A stretch of DNA of 45,267 nt from a virus. Taxonomy: Duplodnaviria > Caudoviricetes. The notes under the pieces are model-generated. The model saw only the letters and a program-made list of their open reading frames with translations, was not told the DNA's origin and made no database searches. The DNA lies in IMG/VR virus record IMGVR_UViG_3300037424_000947, positions 1 through 45,267 of that record; one strand, 5' to 3'. Positions 27,678 to 34,891 of this stretch are shown piece by piece (the first letter of the stretch is position 1; the number at the start of each line of letters is the position of its first letter). A program made the translations under genes and the position numbers.

Positions 27678-28057
27678 TGGGCGTGGGGATGCCGGCAGCA
27701 TTATTGCTCAACGAATTTGGTTCGAAGGTGTGGGATGCATTCGGTGAGCCGCCATATCACGTGGGTTCATCGCTCGAGAAAAAGACCGAGTGGCGCGATG
27801 TGGATGTGCGCCTGATTCTCGATGATGCTACCTATGCGGCGATGGGCCTCGGCGATCCTGACCAGCCCCATGACAATGGCAAATGGGTGGCTTTGTGTCT
27901 GGCGTTTTCGGTGCTCGGCCGCGAGATGACCGGTCTGCCGATCGATTTCCAGATTCAGCAGATGAGTCATGCGAATAAAAAATACAATGGCAGCCGATCC
28001 ATGATCGGCTGGGTGCCGCTGCGGATCGTGGAAACAATCACGGGGGAAGATACATGA
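27677..28057 (+). CDS. Small Pol-beta-fold nucleotidyltransferase-like protein
   Basis: hGS...DhD signature (YHVGSS...WRDVDVRLI) plus a later IDFQ acidic motif. Confidence 0.6.
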   Translation: MGVGMPAALLLNEFGSKVWDAFGEPPYHVGSSLEKKTEWRDVDVRLILDDATYAAMGLGDPDQPHDNGKWVALCLAFSVLGREMTGLPIDFQIQQMSHANKKYNGSRSMIGWVPLRIVETITGEDT

Positions 28058-28356
28058 TCGACACCCTGACCGCTCTCGCCGCGCAGCACCTGGCGCTGAT
28101 GTTCTACCTCGCCGGCATCCTGGGCATGCTCGCGCATTACACGAAGAGGTGGGCGCGCGGCCAGTACGCCGGCAACCTCTGGGCGTATCTCTTCGCCGAC
28201 CACCCGCGCGCGAGCCTCGCGGCCGTCATCACCTACACCGGTGCCGCGGCGACGGTGCTCGCCACCGGCAGCATCGACGGCATGAAGCTCGCCCAGATTG
28301 CCGCGCTCGGCTTCACCACCGGCTACGCGATCGACAGCGCGGTGAACCGCGCATGA
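28054..28356 (+). CDS. Holin candidate
   Basis: 100 aa with three hydrophobic segments in the lysis cassette. Confidence 0.6.
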   Translation: MIDTLTALAAQHLALMFYLAGILGMLAHYTKRWARGQYAGNLWAYLFADHPRASLAAVITYTGAAATVLATGSIDGMKLAQIAALGFTTGYAIDSAVNRA

Positions 28357-28886
28357 CCACCTGGCGCGCCCTCCTCATTGGCCTCGCGCTCGGCATCCTC
28401 GCCGTGCTCGCGCTGCAGGCCTGGCAGGATCACCAACCCTTAACGCCGGCGACACCCGCCCCCCTCGCCCGCGAGCTGCGCGGCGAGATCACCAGCGTGG
28501 CTCAGTGCAAGCCAGTGGTGATCTACCGCGACCAGGTCAAGCAGGAGCTCGGCCTGCCGGCGGACGTGCGGGCCAATGCCGCGCGCCAAGTGGTGGCCGC
28601 GACCAAGGTGCCGGCGAGCGATCGCCCGCACACCGTTTCGGCGGTGGCGGATCTCGACACCGGCAAGGTGGATTTGTATCTGCGCCCCGATCCCCTCCCC
28701 TGGCTCGCCCTCGAGCGCCGGACGTCGTTCGGCCTGGTGTACGGCATCGACGACGCCGGCCGCATCCTGCTGCGCGGCAGCGCCCAGCTCGAGCTCCTGC
28801 AGCTGCGCCACGCCCACCTCGGCGCCGCCGTACACGTGGACACCACCGGGCGAGCGCTGGCCGGCGTGGCGCTCACATTTCGCTGA
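28353..28886 (+). CDS. Spanin-position membrane protein
   Basis: N-terminal TM helix, C-terminal alternating hydrophobic strands, last gene of the lysis cassette. Confidence 0.5.
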   Translation: MTTWRALLIGLALGILAVLALQAWQDHQPLTPATPAPLARELRGEITSVAQCKPVVIYRDQVKQELGLPADVRANAARQVVAATKVPASDRPHTVSAVADLDTGKVDLYLRPDPLPWLALERRTSFGLVYGIDDAGRILLRGSAQLELLQLRHAHLGAAVHVDTTGRALAGVALTFR

Positions 28887-28887
28887 G

Positions 28888-29154
28888 CTATCGCAGCTCA
28901 TCCACGATCCTCTCTGCCTGCGCATCCGACAGCGACAGTGCCGGCACGCCATTGCGATAGAGCACCATCTCGATCGCGATGCGCATCATGTAGTCCCGCA
29001 CCGGATCGGGTATCGACCGCGCGCCGCTGATCCACTCGTAGAGGCGGTTGCTCTGGTATCGCGTGCCGAGCACGCGATTGAGGTCGCGCAGGGCATCGGC
29101 CTTGGTGCGGCCGGGGATGAGCTCGGTGTCGAGCCAGGATTGCACGAGGGTCAT
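28888..29154 (-). CDS. Small HTH protein (Aca-like candidate)
   Basis: TKADALRDLNRVLGTRYQSNRLYEWISGARSIP is XRE-type HTH-like; last gene of a minus-strand operon; ATGA overlap. Confidence 0.6.
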   Translation of the reverse strand: MTLVQSWLDTELIPGRTKADALRDLNRVLGTRYQSNRLYEWISGARSIPDPVRDYMMRIAIEMVLYRNGVPALSLSDAQAERIVDELR

Positions 29155-29489
29155 ACGATGCCCAGGCGGGCCACGAGATCCGCACAGATGCGACGCTGCA
29201 CCGCCGCTACCGCCAGCGACGCCCGCGCGCGCGCGGTGGCAACAGGCGCGAACGCCCACATGCCATCGGGATTATCGAGCTGGAGATAGTAGCCGATCGT
29301 GATCGTCTCCGGGTCCTTGGGCGGCTGCTCGCCAGCGGCGCGCGCCTGGTCGCGCTCCGCGGCCAGTACCGGGGCGAGTGCCGCACGCCCCTCCTCGGTG
29401 GCGAGCGGGAATCGCCAGATCAGGCGATCGCCGATGTCACGCGCCGACTTCGCGGGGCGGACCTGGAATTGTTGACGGGTTGGATCCAT
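29151..29489 (-). CDS. Small orphan protein (anti-defence candidate)
   Basis: 112 aa, GAGGA RBS, coupled to the HTH gene. Confidence 0.6.
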   Translation of the reverse strand: MDPTRQQFQVRPAKSARDIGDRLIWRFPLATEEGRAALAPVLAAERDQARAAGEQPPKDPETITIGYYLQLDNPDGMWAFAPVATARARASLAVAAVQRRICADLVARLGIV

Positions 29490-29511
29490 CGGGTCTATCC
29501 TCGTTGCTGTT

Positions 29512-29622
29512 GTATTCCGGGCATCTGCCCGGCCTCATCGAAGTATCGAAGTCGGTACAAGCACCAGACTTCAACTGTGCACCATTCCGGCGGGGAGCAA
29601 TCCCCGCCGGCCTCATTGAAAC
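29512..29622 (+). CRISPR. Orphan two-repeat CRISPR-like unit with type I-G (I-U)-like repeats, no cas genes
   Basis: R1 GTATTCCGGGCATCTGCCCGGCCTCATCGAAGT (29512-29544); 37-nt spacer; R2 CCATTCCGGCGGGGAGCAATCCCCGCCGGCCTCATTGAAAC (29582-29622). Both share ATTCCGG-stem-CCGGCCTCAT(T/C)GAA. Confidence 0.65.
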
Positions 29623-29627
29623 CCCTC

Positions 29628-30038
29628 CTATTCTACGAGCACATGATGATGTGGCGGCCGCGCGCATACGCGGTAGCCGGGCACGTAGCCGGCTTCATAC
29701 CACACCAGCGGCGCGCCGCATACCGGGCACGGCGAGAAATCAGCCTGCTCCCACAGGGTGCCGATCTCGCCTGGGTATTCCGGTTCAATATCCATCCGCA
29801 GCGCGAGATGATCAGTGCCGACGATGCGCACCGCCACGACACCCTCTGGCACTGTATTGCCCAGCGCCACCGTGTAGATCTGATGCCCGCCATCCGCCGG
29901 CTCCGGCGTGATGCTGGCGCCGGCGCGCTGCAAGGCTTCGCGCGCTGGAATAGTCAGGCGCACGCGTTCATGCGGTCCCTGCTCGACGCTGGCGTGCTCG
30001 GGGAATAGGCCATCTCGTCTTTGATACGTGAGTTCCAT
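29628..30038 (-). CDS. Orphan protein with C-terminal Zn ribbon (anti-defence candidate)
   Basis: 136 aa from MELTYQ, AGGAG RBS, CPVCG...C....HH. Confidence 0.65.
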   Translation of the reverse strand: MELTYQRRDGLFPEHASVEQGPHERVRLTIPAREALQRAGASITPEPADGGHQIYTVALGNTVPEGVVAVRIVGTDHLALRMDIEPEYPGEIGTLWEQADFSPCPVCGAPLVWYEAGYVPGYRVCARPPHHHVLVE

Positions 30039-30126
30039 GTGATTCTCCTGCTGCGGTCCGCCGCAGCTATCGGGTGTAGCGAGTGCCCACCAGTGAGCCG
30101 GCTCTGACCCGGCTCTAGCTGGGCAC

Positions 30127-30447
30127 TCAATAATCGTGCTGGCAGGATGCGCAATCAGATGGCCGGGGGCGCCCCTCGATGCTACCGCACGAGCAACCGG
30201 TCCAATTCGTGCGCGCCATGCGGGCATCCCGGCGGGTCCCGATCGAGCTGTACGAGCCCGTGCGCGCCCCTTTCTCGATGGCGCAGAGCGCCACCCCATT
30301 GCCGCGCCAGAGCACACGAGCAATGATCTCCGTCTTGGTCTCGCCGGATTTTTTTGCAACGACCACGGACTGGCCGTCGCTGACAGACTCGGTGGGTACG
30401 CGCACACCCCAGTCGCCGTTCTTGAGCTTGGTGTAGGTTGCTTGCAT
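30127..30447 (-). CDS. Small orphan protein, first gene of accessory operon
   Basis: 106 aa, GAGGAG RBS, C-terminal CSC...CASC. Confidence 0.7.
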   Translation of the reverse strand: MQATYTKLKNGDWGVRVPTESVSDGQSVVVAKKSGETKTEIIARVLWRGNGVALCAIEKGARTGSYSSIGTRRDARMARTNWTGCSCGSIEGRPRPSDCASCQHDY

Positions 30448-30523
30448 GTGGATCTCCTCAGCATTCTGCTTAGGTCCGCCTGATCCCCGGCGGCGGGTGG
30501 TAGCTCATCTACCCATGAGCTAA

Positions 30524-30552
30524 ATGATAGTCCCGCATGTGGGACTACGCAA
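30524..30552 (-). promoter_or_regulatory. sigma70 promoter with palindromic operator
   Basis: Minus strand TTGCGT-17 bp-TATCAT; palindrome TAGTCCC-N6-GGGACTA (30528-30547) fills the spacer. Confidence 0.75.
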
Positions 30553-30583
30553 GAGGGGAAGGGGATCAGCCGACGAACGGTAT

Positions 30584-30597
30584 GTTTCCCGGGAAAC
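30584..30597. promoter_or_regulatory. parS/NBS-like site 4, GTTTCCCGGGAAAC
   Basis: Perfect 14-bp palindrome identical to the core of site 3. Confidence 0.6.
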
Positions 30598-30605
30598 CGG
30601 AGGGA

Positions 30606-32210
30606 TCAGGCGACCCGGTAAGCCTTGAATTTACGGGGATTCTTACTGCCAAACTCTTCCCCCGCTACCATATTTAGAATCAGGCCGCCGAACCCGGCGA
30701 CCTGAGCCCACACCGCCCCGCTCTCATCCTGAGTCAATTCAATCTCGCCGAGCAGCTCGCCCAGCGCCTCACGGGCTGCCGCGGGCTCGGTCGCCATCAG
30801 TGCGGGCAGATCGGACACGCGTGCTTGGTAGTGCTCGATGAGCCGCGGGATCATGTTCGGCGGCGCTGGTGCCGGCAGCTCGACGAGGTCCGCCTGCAGT
30901 GCCCGGCGCTCGGCTTCGGCTTTTTTCAGCCGTTCTGCCACCGCCTGCGACCAGCCCGCGGCCGCCACTGCGTCGACGAGTCGGGCGATCTCGCGATCGA
31001 CCGTGGCCAGCCTGGTGCGGGCAGCGCGGCCGGCCGTCTCGTGCTCGCGGTGCATCGTGCGCTGCAGCGTGGCCACCTCCTGGCGTAGCACTGTGATCGC
31101 CTCATCGTCCAATAGTTCACTCCGCGCGATCCCCAATACCGCCGCCTCGAGCTCGGCGCGTTTCACCCGCACACCGGCGCACACTGTCGGCCCGCGGTCC
31201 TTGTGCGCGGTGCAGCCATACGCGCCCGCGGTCACCGCCGTTACTGATCCGCCGCAGTGGCCGCATTTCAGGAGGCCGGAGAGCGGCGCGCGTTTCGGTT
31301 TTCCGGGCTTCGTTCGCTTGGGTCCGTTGATGCGTTCCGCGCATGCGGTCCACAGCTCCTCAGACACTATGCGCAGCGCCGGAGTTTCCCGCGTCTGCCA
31401 CTGATCGCGCGAGCGCTCGAGGCGCCGGCGCCGGCCTGTGTCTGGATCTTTCACCCACTGCGAGCGATTCCATATATACATGCCGCGATACAGCTCATTG
31501 CGCAGCACGCCCGTGCCGTATTTCGGCTGGCCGTAGAGCGCGCTGATGGCCCAGGAGCTGCCGCGCGGTGAGGGCACGCCGAGCCGGTTGAGCTCGTAAA
31601 CGATGCGCCGCGGCGCCCAGCCTTCGGCGTAGTGCTCGAAGCACCAGCGCACCCACTTGGCCTGCTCCTCGTGCACCTCAAGATAGTGGCCGATCGGCTC
31701 GCCCTTGGCGTCGAGGCCGGCGACGCGCGTGCGGTAGCCATAGCTTAAACCCCCGGCATGGTAGCCGCGCTCGGTCTGCCCGGTGAGGCCTCGGTGCACC
31801 TTCTTGCCGAGGTCGCGCAGGTACTGCTGATTGACGCCGCCGATGATGACGCGCTGCAGCTCACGGCCTTCGCGCTCCGAATCGTAGCCGTCGCTGATCC
31901 CGATGATGCGCACCCCGAGCCGCTCCATCTCGCGGATGGTGCGCTCCTGGTCGACGATATCGCGCCAGCACCGGTCGAGCGACTCGATGAGTAGCACGTC
32001 GACGCGCCCAGCGCGGATCGCCTCCATGAGCGCGCGGCCGCCGGGGCGCAGCAACGTGGGCGTGCCGGCGGAAACCTCGCTATCGGAGAAGCGCAGCGCC
32101 GGCAGCCAATCTTCACGCTGCATGCGCACGTCGGCCAGGTGGAACTGGTCGGCGATCGAGGTCTCGCGTTGGTTTTCGCTTGAGTAGCGGGCGTAAATAG
32201 CCGTCCTCAT
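30606..32210 (-). CDS. Large serine recombinase (integrase)
   Basis: IYARYSS catalytic Ser, SLDR, YGY recombinase domain, LSGLLKCGHCG Zn ribbon, coiled coil. Confidence 0.95.
   Translation of the reverse strand: MRTAIYARYSSENQRETSIADQFHLADVRMQREDWLPALRFSDSEVSAGTPTLLRPGGRALMEAIRAGRVDVLLIESLDRCWRDIVDQERTIREMERLGVRIIGISDGYDSEREGRELQRVIIGGVNQQYLRDLGKKVHRGLTGQTERGYHAGGLSYGYRTRVAGLDAKGEPIGHYLEVHEEQAKWVRWCFEHYAEGWAPRRIVYELNRLGVPSPRGSSWAISALYGQPKYGTGVLRNELYRGMYIWNRSQWVKDPDTGRRRRLERSRDQWQTRETPALRIVSEELWTACAERINGPKRTKPGKPKRAPLSGLLKCGHCGGSVTAVTAGAYGCTAHKDRGPTVCAGVRVKRAELEAAVLGIARSELLDDEAITVLRQEVATLQRTMHREHETAGRAARTRLATVDREIARLVDAVAAAGWSQAVAERLKKAEAERRALQADLVELPAPAPPNMIPRLIEHYQARVSDLPALMATEPAAAREALGELLGEIELTQDESGAVWAQVAGFGGLILNMVAGEEFGSKNPRKFKAYRVA
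30650..30670 (+). other. Putative attP core resembling a tRNA-fMet 3' end
   Basis: CAAACTCTTCCCCCGCTACCA ends in CCCCGCTACCA and lies inside the integrase 3' end. Confidence 0.5.
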
Positions 32211-32211
32211 A

Positions 32212-32418
32212 TCAATCTTGTGGCCTCGTCGCGTCTTGGGCGGCCATCAGCCAATCCCGATAACCGGGATCAATATTCACCACCTCGAACGCGCCGTGCG
32301 CATCCTCGTGCGACAGCGCCAGACCGTGCATTTCGCAGACAGCCCACACCTCAGCGAGGAACACATCGATCTTCTCGTTCTCGATCTTCTTACCGGCGGC
32401 CATATTCCAGCGTTGCAT
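32212..32418 (-). CDS. Hypothetical protein
   Basis: 68 aa, GGAGG RBS, directly upstream of the integrase. Confidence 0.55.
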   Translation of the reverse strand: MQRWNMAAGKKIENEKIDVFLAEVWAVCEMHGLALSHEDAHGAFEVVNIDPGYRDWLMAAQDATRPQD

Positions 32419-32452
32419 ATCATTCCTCCATGTGAGGCGGTGGGCGAACAGA

Positions 32453-32677
32453 CTACCCCGAAGCGGGCCGGTCAGGGAAGCCGAGCCCGTAGTTGTCCTG
32501 CCCAGGCTGCGGCACGCTCAAGGCGCGTGCGTCGACGCACCCGCTCTTGCCGGTGAGCCACGCCACCGCGCGCCCGTGCAGCTCGCCCACGGCCCGCACC
32601 GTGTAGAGGTTGCCGTCGTGCTTGCCGCCGATGATGGGGTGATAGCGTACTGTCATTCCTTCTTTAATCGTCACCAT
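32453..32677 (-). CDS. Hypothetical protein
   Basis: 74 aa in the early operon. Confidence 0.55.
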   Translation of the reverse strand: MVTIKEGMTVRYHPIIGGKHDGNLYTVRAVGELHGRAVAWLTGKSGCVDARALSVPQPGQDNYGLGFPDRPASG

Positions 32678-33036
32678 TTGATGATCTCCATCTCTCTTGA
32701 AAACGGCAACCCGTAGTGATCGATGAAGAACGCCACGAAGGCGCTCACGGTTTCAAAGCCGTCGGCTTTCGCCAAGGCCTGGGCTTGCAACGGGGGGAGC
32801 GGTTCGCCATTGACGCGGATCACGATCCGCCCGGGCTCGTCATCGAGGTCGAACGGCTCCACGGCGGTGCACACCGCGTCGCGCAGCTTGCGCGCTTTGC
32901 GGGTGCGCATGCCGGTGTAATGCTGCAGCGCATCGCCCGGGCGCGTGGGGCGCTTGCGCCGTGGGCGGATGGTCTGCCGTTTTTCACCGCGCTCGACGAG
33001 ATCGGCGAATTGGGCTTTGAAGTTATAGGCGACCAC
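32671..33036 (-). CDS. ASCH/PUA-like domain protein
   Basis: FK.QFADLVERGEKRQTIR, YTGMRT and AKADGF motifs. Confidence 0.7.
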   Translation of the reverse strand: MVAYNFKAQFADLVERGEKRQTIRPRRKRPTRPGDALQHYTGMRTRKARKLRDAVCTAVEPFDLDDEPGRIVIRVNGEPLPPLQAQALAKADGFETVSAFVAFFIDHYGLPFSREMEIIKW

Positions 33037-33042
33037 GTTTTT

Positions 33043-33312
33043 TTACGCCGCCTTGCGCGTGGCTGCGAGCATCCGCAGTGCCCACTTCGGGAAGCGCCGG
33101 CCCAGGCGGCGCGAGTTCGGCCGGCCGGCCTGGCGGTAGTGGCCGTTGTGCAGCAGCATCCGCCCCGGCTTGAGCCCCACTGTGATCTCCTGATCGCGCT
33201 GCCCGGCGGTCAGCGGTCGAAAGAGTTTGCCGCGCGATCGCGCGACCTGGGCGGCGAAGTCCCACGCCCTGCGCGCGATGGCCTTCTTTCTCTGCTTGTA
33301 AGCTGTGCTCAT
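33043..33312 (-). CDS. Hypothetical basic protein
   Basis: 89 aa, GGAGGAG RBS. Confidence 0.55.
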   Translation of the reverse strand: MSTAYKQRKKAIARRAWDFAAQVARSRGKLFRPLTAGQRDQEITVGLKPGRMLLHNGHYRQAGRPNSRRLGRRFPKWALRMLAATRKAA

Positions 33313-33444
33313 GGTGCTCCTCCCATTTGTTGGGTTGTCGTATCGGGCGCTCGGCCCACTCTTTCCATCGCCATACCAGCCAGACGATCAGCATCGCGGC
33401 CATGAAGCCGCTGCTGAATCCGGCCTGGAAGGCGTCGACTTCGG

Positions 33445-33726
33445 TCATGCGTGGCCGGCTTTCTCGTGCTCAGGGGCCGCCTCAACTTCGCCGATGATGG
33501 GCCTGGTGCCGGTGGTTGCCTGCACGAACGCCGCGAAGCCATCGCCGACGACCTCGCGCCACCGCTGAAATATCTCCCGGTCCGCTTCACAGAGTTTTTT
33601 GCTGATCGAGGCCATAAAGATGGCATCGTCCATCGTGTCGTTGTCCGCGAAATAGGCGTTGATGACGCCGCCCTCCTCGCGGAACGCTAGACGGAACGGC
33701 GCTCGAATGAGTTTCTTGTCCATCAT
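33445..33726 (-). CDS. Hypothetical protein
   Basis: 93 aa, GGAGG RBS, coupled to neighbours. Confidence 0.6.
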   Translation of the reverse strand: MMDKKLIRAPFRLAFREEGGVINAYFADNDTMDDAIFMASISKKLCEADREIFQRWREVVGDGFAAFVQATTGTRPIIGEVEAAPEHEKAGHA

Positions 33727-34265
33727 CTGCCTCCTTTGCTTGGCGGTAGGTGCAGCAGCGCGCGCAGGGCCATGGCACCGGTCTGTGCCAATTCGAGCCG
33801 CAGGTGCTCGATGCTGCCGCCGGCGTAGTGGTGATCGATCGCAGCTTTCATCGCCTCGCCGGCCTCTTCGGCCAGGATGGCGACGGCGTGGATCTGGTCA
33901 TCGGGCCAGCCGGGGTGCTTCTCCTCGGCCTTGCGCAGCTCGGCGAAGACCAGGCTTACCGCATCATCGCCGCGTTCGGCGAGCGACTCGCTGTCGGTCT
34001 GCGCATCGCGCGGGCTCTTAGCGTCGGCTGCCTCTTCTTCCGGCGTGATAACGGCGGCGTAGACGCGCACCGGGAAGGTGCCCTCGTCGCGGGCGCGCAT
34101 GAACTCGTGACCGCAGGTGCAAATGCGGCCTTTGATGTCGAGGCAGATTACTTGCTGATCGGTCACGCCGACCTTCGCGAACTTGCACGACGCGGTGTCG
34201 CCCCAGTTGCCGAACGTCGAAAACTCAAACAGCTTTTTTCCGACGGTGACTTGCAGTGTCGGCAT
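33723..34265 (-). CDS. Protein with C-terminal MazG-like (all-alpha NTP pyrophosphatase) region
   Basis: ILAEEAGEAMKA...LRLELAQTGAMALRAL pattern; GGGAGG RBS. Confidence 0.55.
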   Translation of the reverse strand: MPTLQVTVGKKLFEFSTFGNWGDTASCKFAKVGVTDQQVICLDIKGRICTCGHEFMRARDEGTFPVRVYAAVITPEEEAADAKSPRDAQTDSESLAERGDDAVSLVFAELRKAEEKHPGWPDDQIHAVAILAEEAGEAMKAAIDHHYAGGSIEHLRLELAQTGAMALRALLHLPPSKGGR

Positions 34266-34415
34266 GGTTCCTCCCTTTCGGTTTGTGGTTGGGGCGCGCG
34301 CGCACGATCGCCGGCACTGGCTCGACGGCCGCCGGGTCAGCCGGCAGGCGGCCGGCGTAGAAATCCTCGACGATCTGGCGGGCGATGAGCCGGATGAGTG
34401 GGCGCGCGCGTGGGT

Positions 34416-34601
34416 TCATGGTGTCGGCTTCCCGTAGTACGTCTGCAGGCGGATACAGGCGAGCGCGAAGCCCTTCGGGTCGTCGACGTGGCGACGCAGC
34501 CGCCGATACAGCAGGCGCGCACCGAGCGCGATCTGCTGCGCCTCGGTCATCTTGCCGAGGCACGCCAGCGCGGCGCGATCGCTTGGCCGCAGCTCGGTCA
34601 T
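34416..34601 (-). CDS. Hypothetical protein
   Basis: From MTELRPSD; ATGA overlaps. Confidence 0.45.
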   Translation of the reverse strand: MTELRPSDRAALACLGKMTEAQQIALGARLLYRRLRRHVDDPKGFALACIRLQTYYGKPTP

Positions 34602-34891
34602 TGCAACGCCTTGAACCGGCTGGTGATGGCCGGCAGCATGAGCCGCTCGAGCGGGAAGCCGTCGTGCGCGAAGAGTGCCATGGTCTTCGCGAATACGGCC
34701 GCGCGGAAGTCGGGCGGCATATCGGCCCAGTGCACGCAATGGATCGCGTGCAGGGCGTCGTAGTCTTTGCGCGGCGGGATCGCGCCGGTGATCTTGAGAC
34801 AGTTGTCGACGGTGCAGATATCGAAGTGAGTGCCCGTGAACATCTTCTTGAGTGCCACCATCACGGCCTGCTGCTCGAAGTCGCTAACCAT
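34598..34891 (-). CDS. Hypothetical protein
   Basis: From MVSDFEQQ with AGGAGG RBS; HFDIC...HCVHW. Confidence 0.6.
   Translation of the reverse strand: MVSDFEQQAVMVALKKMFTGTHFDICTVDNCLKITGAIPPRKDYDALHAIHCVHWADMPPDFRAAVFAKTMALFAHDGFPLERLMLPAITSRFKALQ

Noticed and set aside
29512-29622. Canonical CRISPR-Cas locus or hammerhead ribozyme (minus-strand ATGAGGCC)
   Set aside because: Only two non-identical repeats and no cas genes. The hammerhead core CTGANGA...GAAA is not present.
29469-30008. 179-aa plus-strand ORF across the CRISPR-like repeats
   Set aside because: TTG start with no RBS, and it overlaps a better-supported minus-strand gene.
30650-30670. Intact tRNA gene
   Set aside because: Only a 3'-end-like fragment is present; no D or anticodon arm can be built upstream. 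I recognised no tRNA genes in the window.
33023-33448. 141-aa minus-strand ORF
   Set aside because: Its 5' part may encode a small membrane protein, but most of it overlaps 33043-33312 in another frame, so I could not set boundaries.
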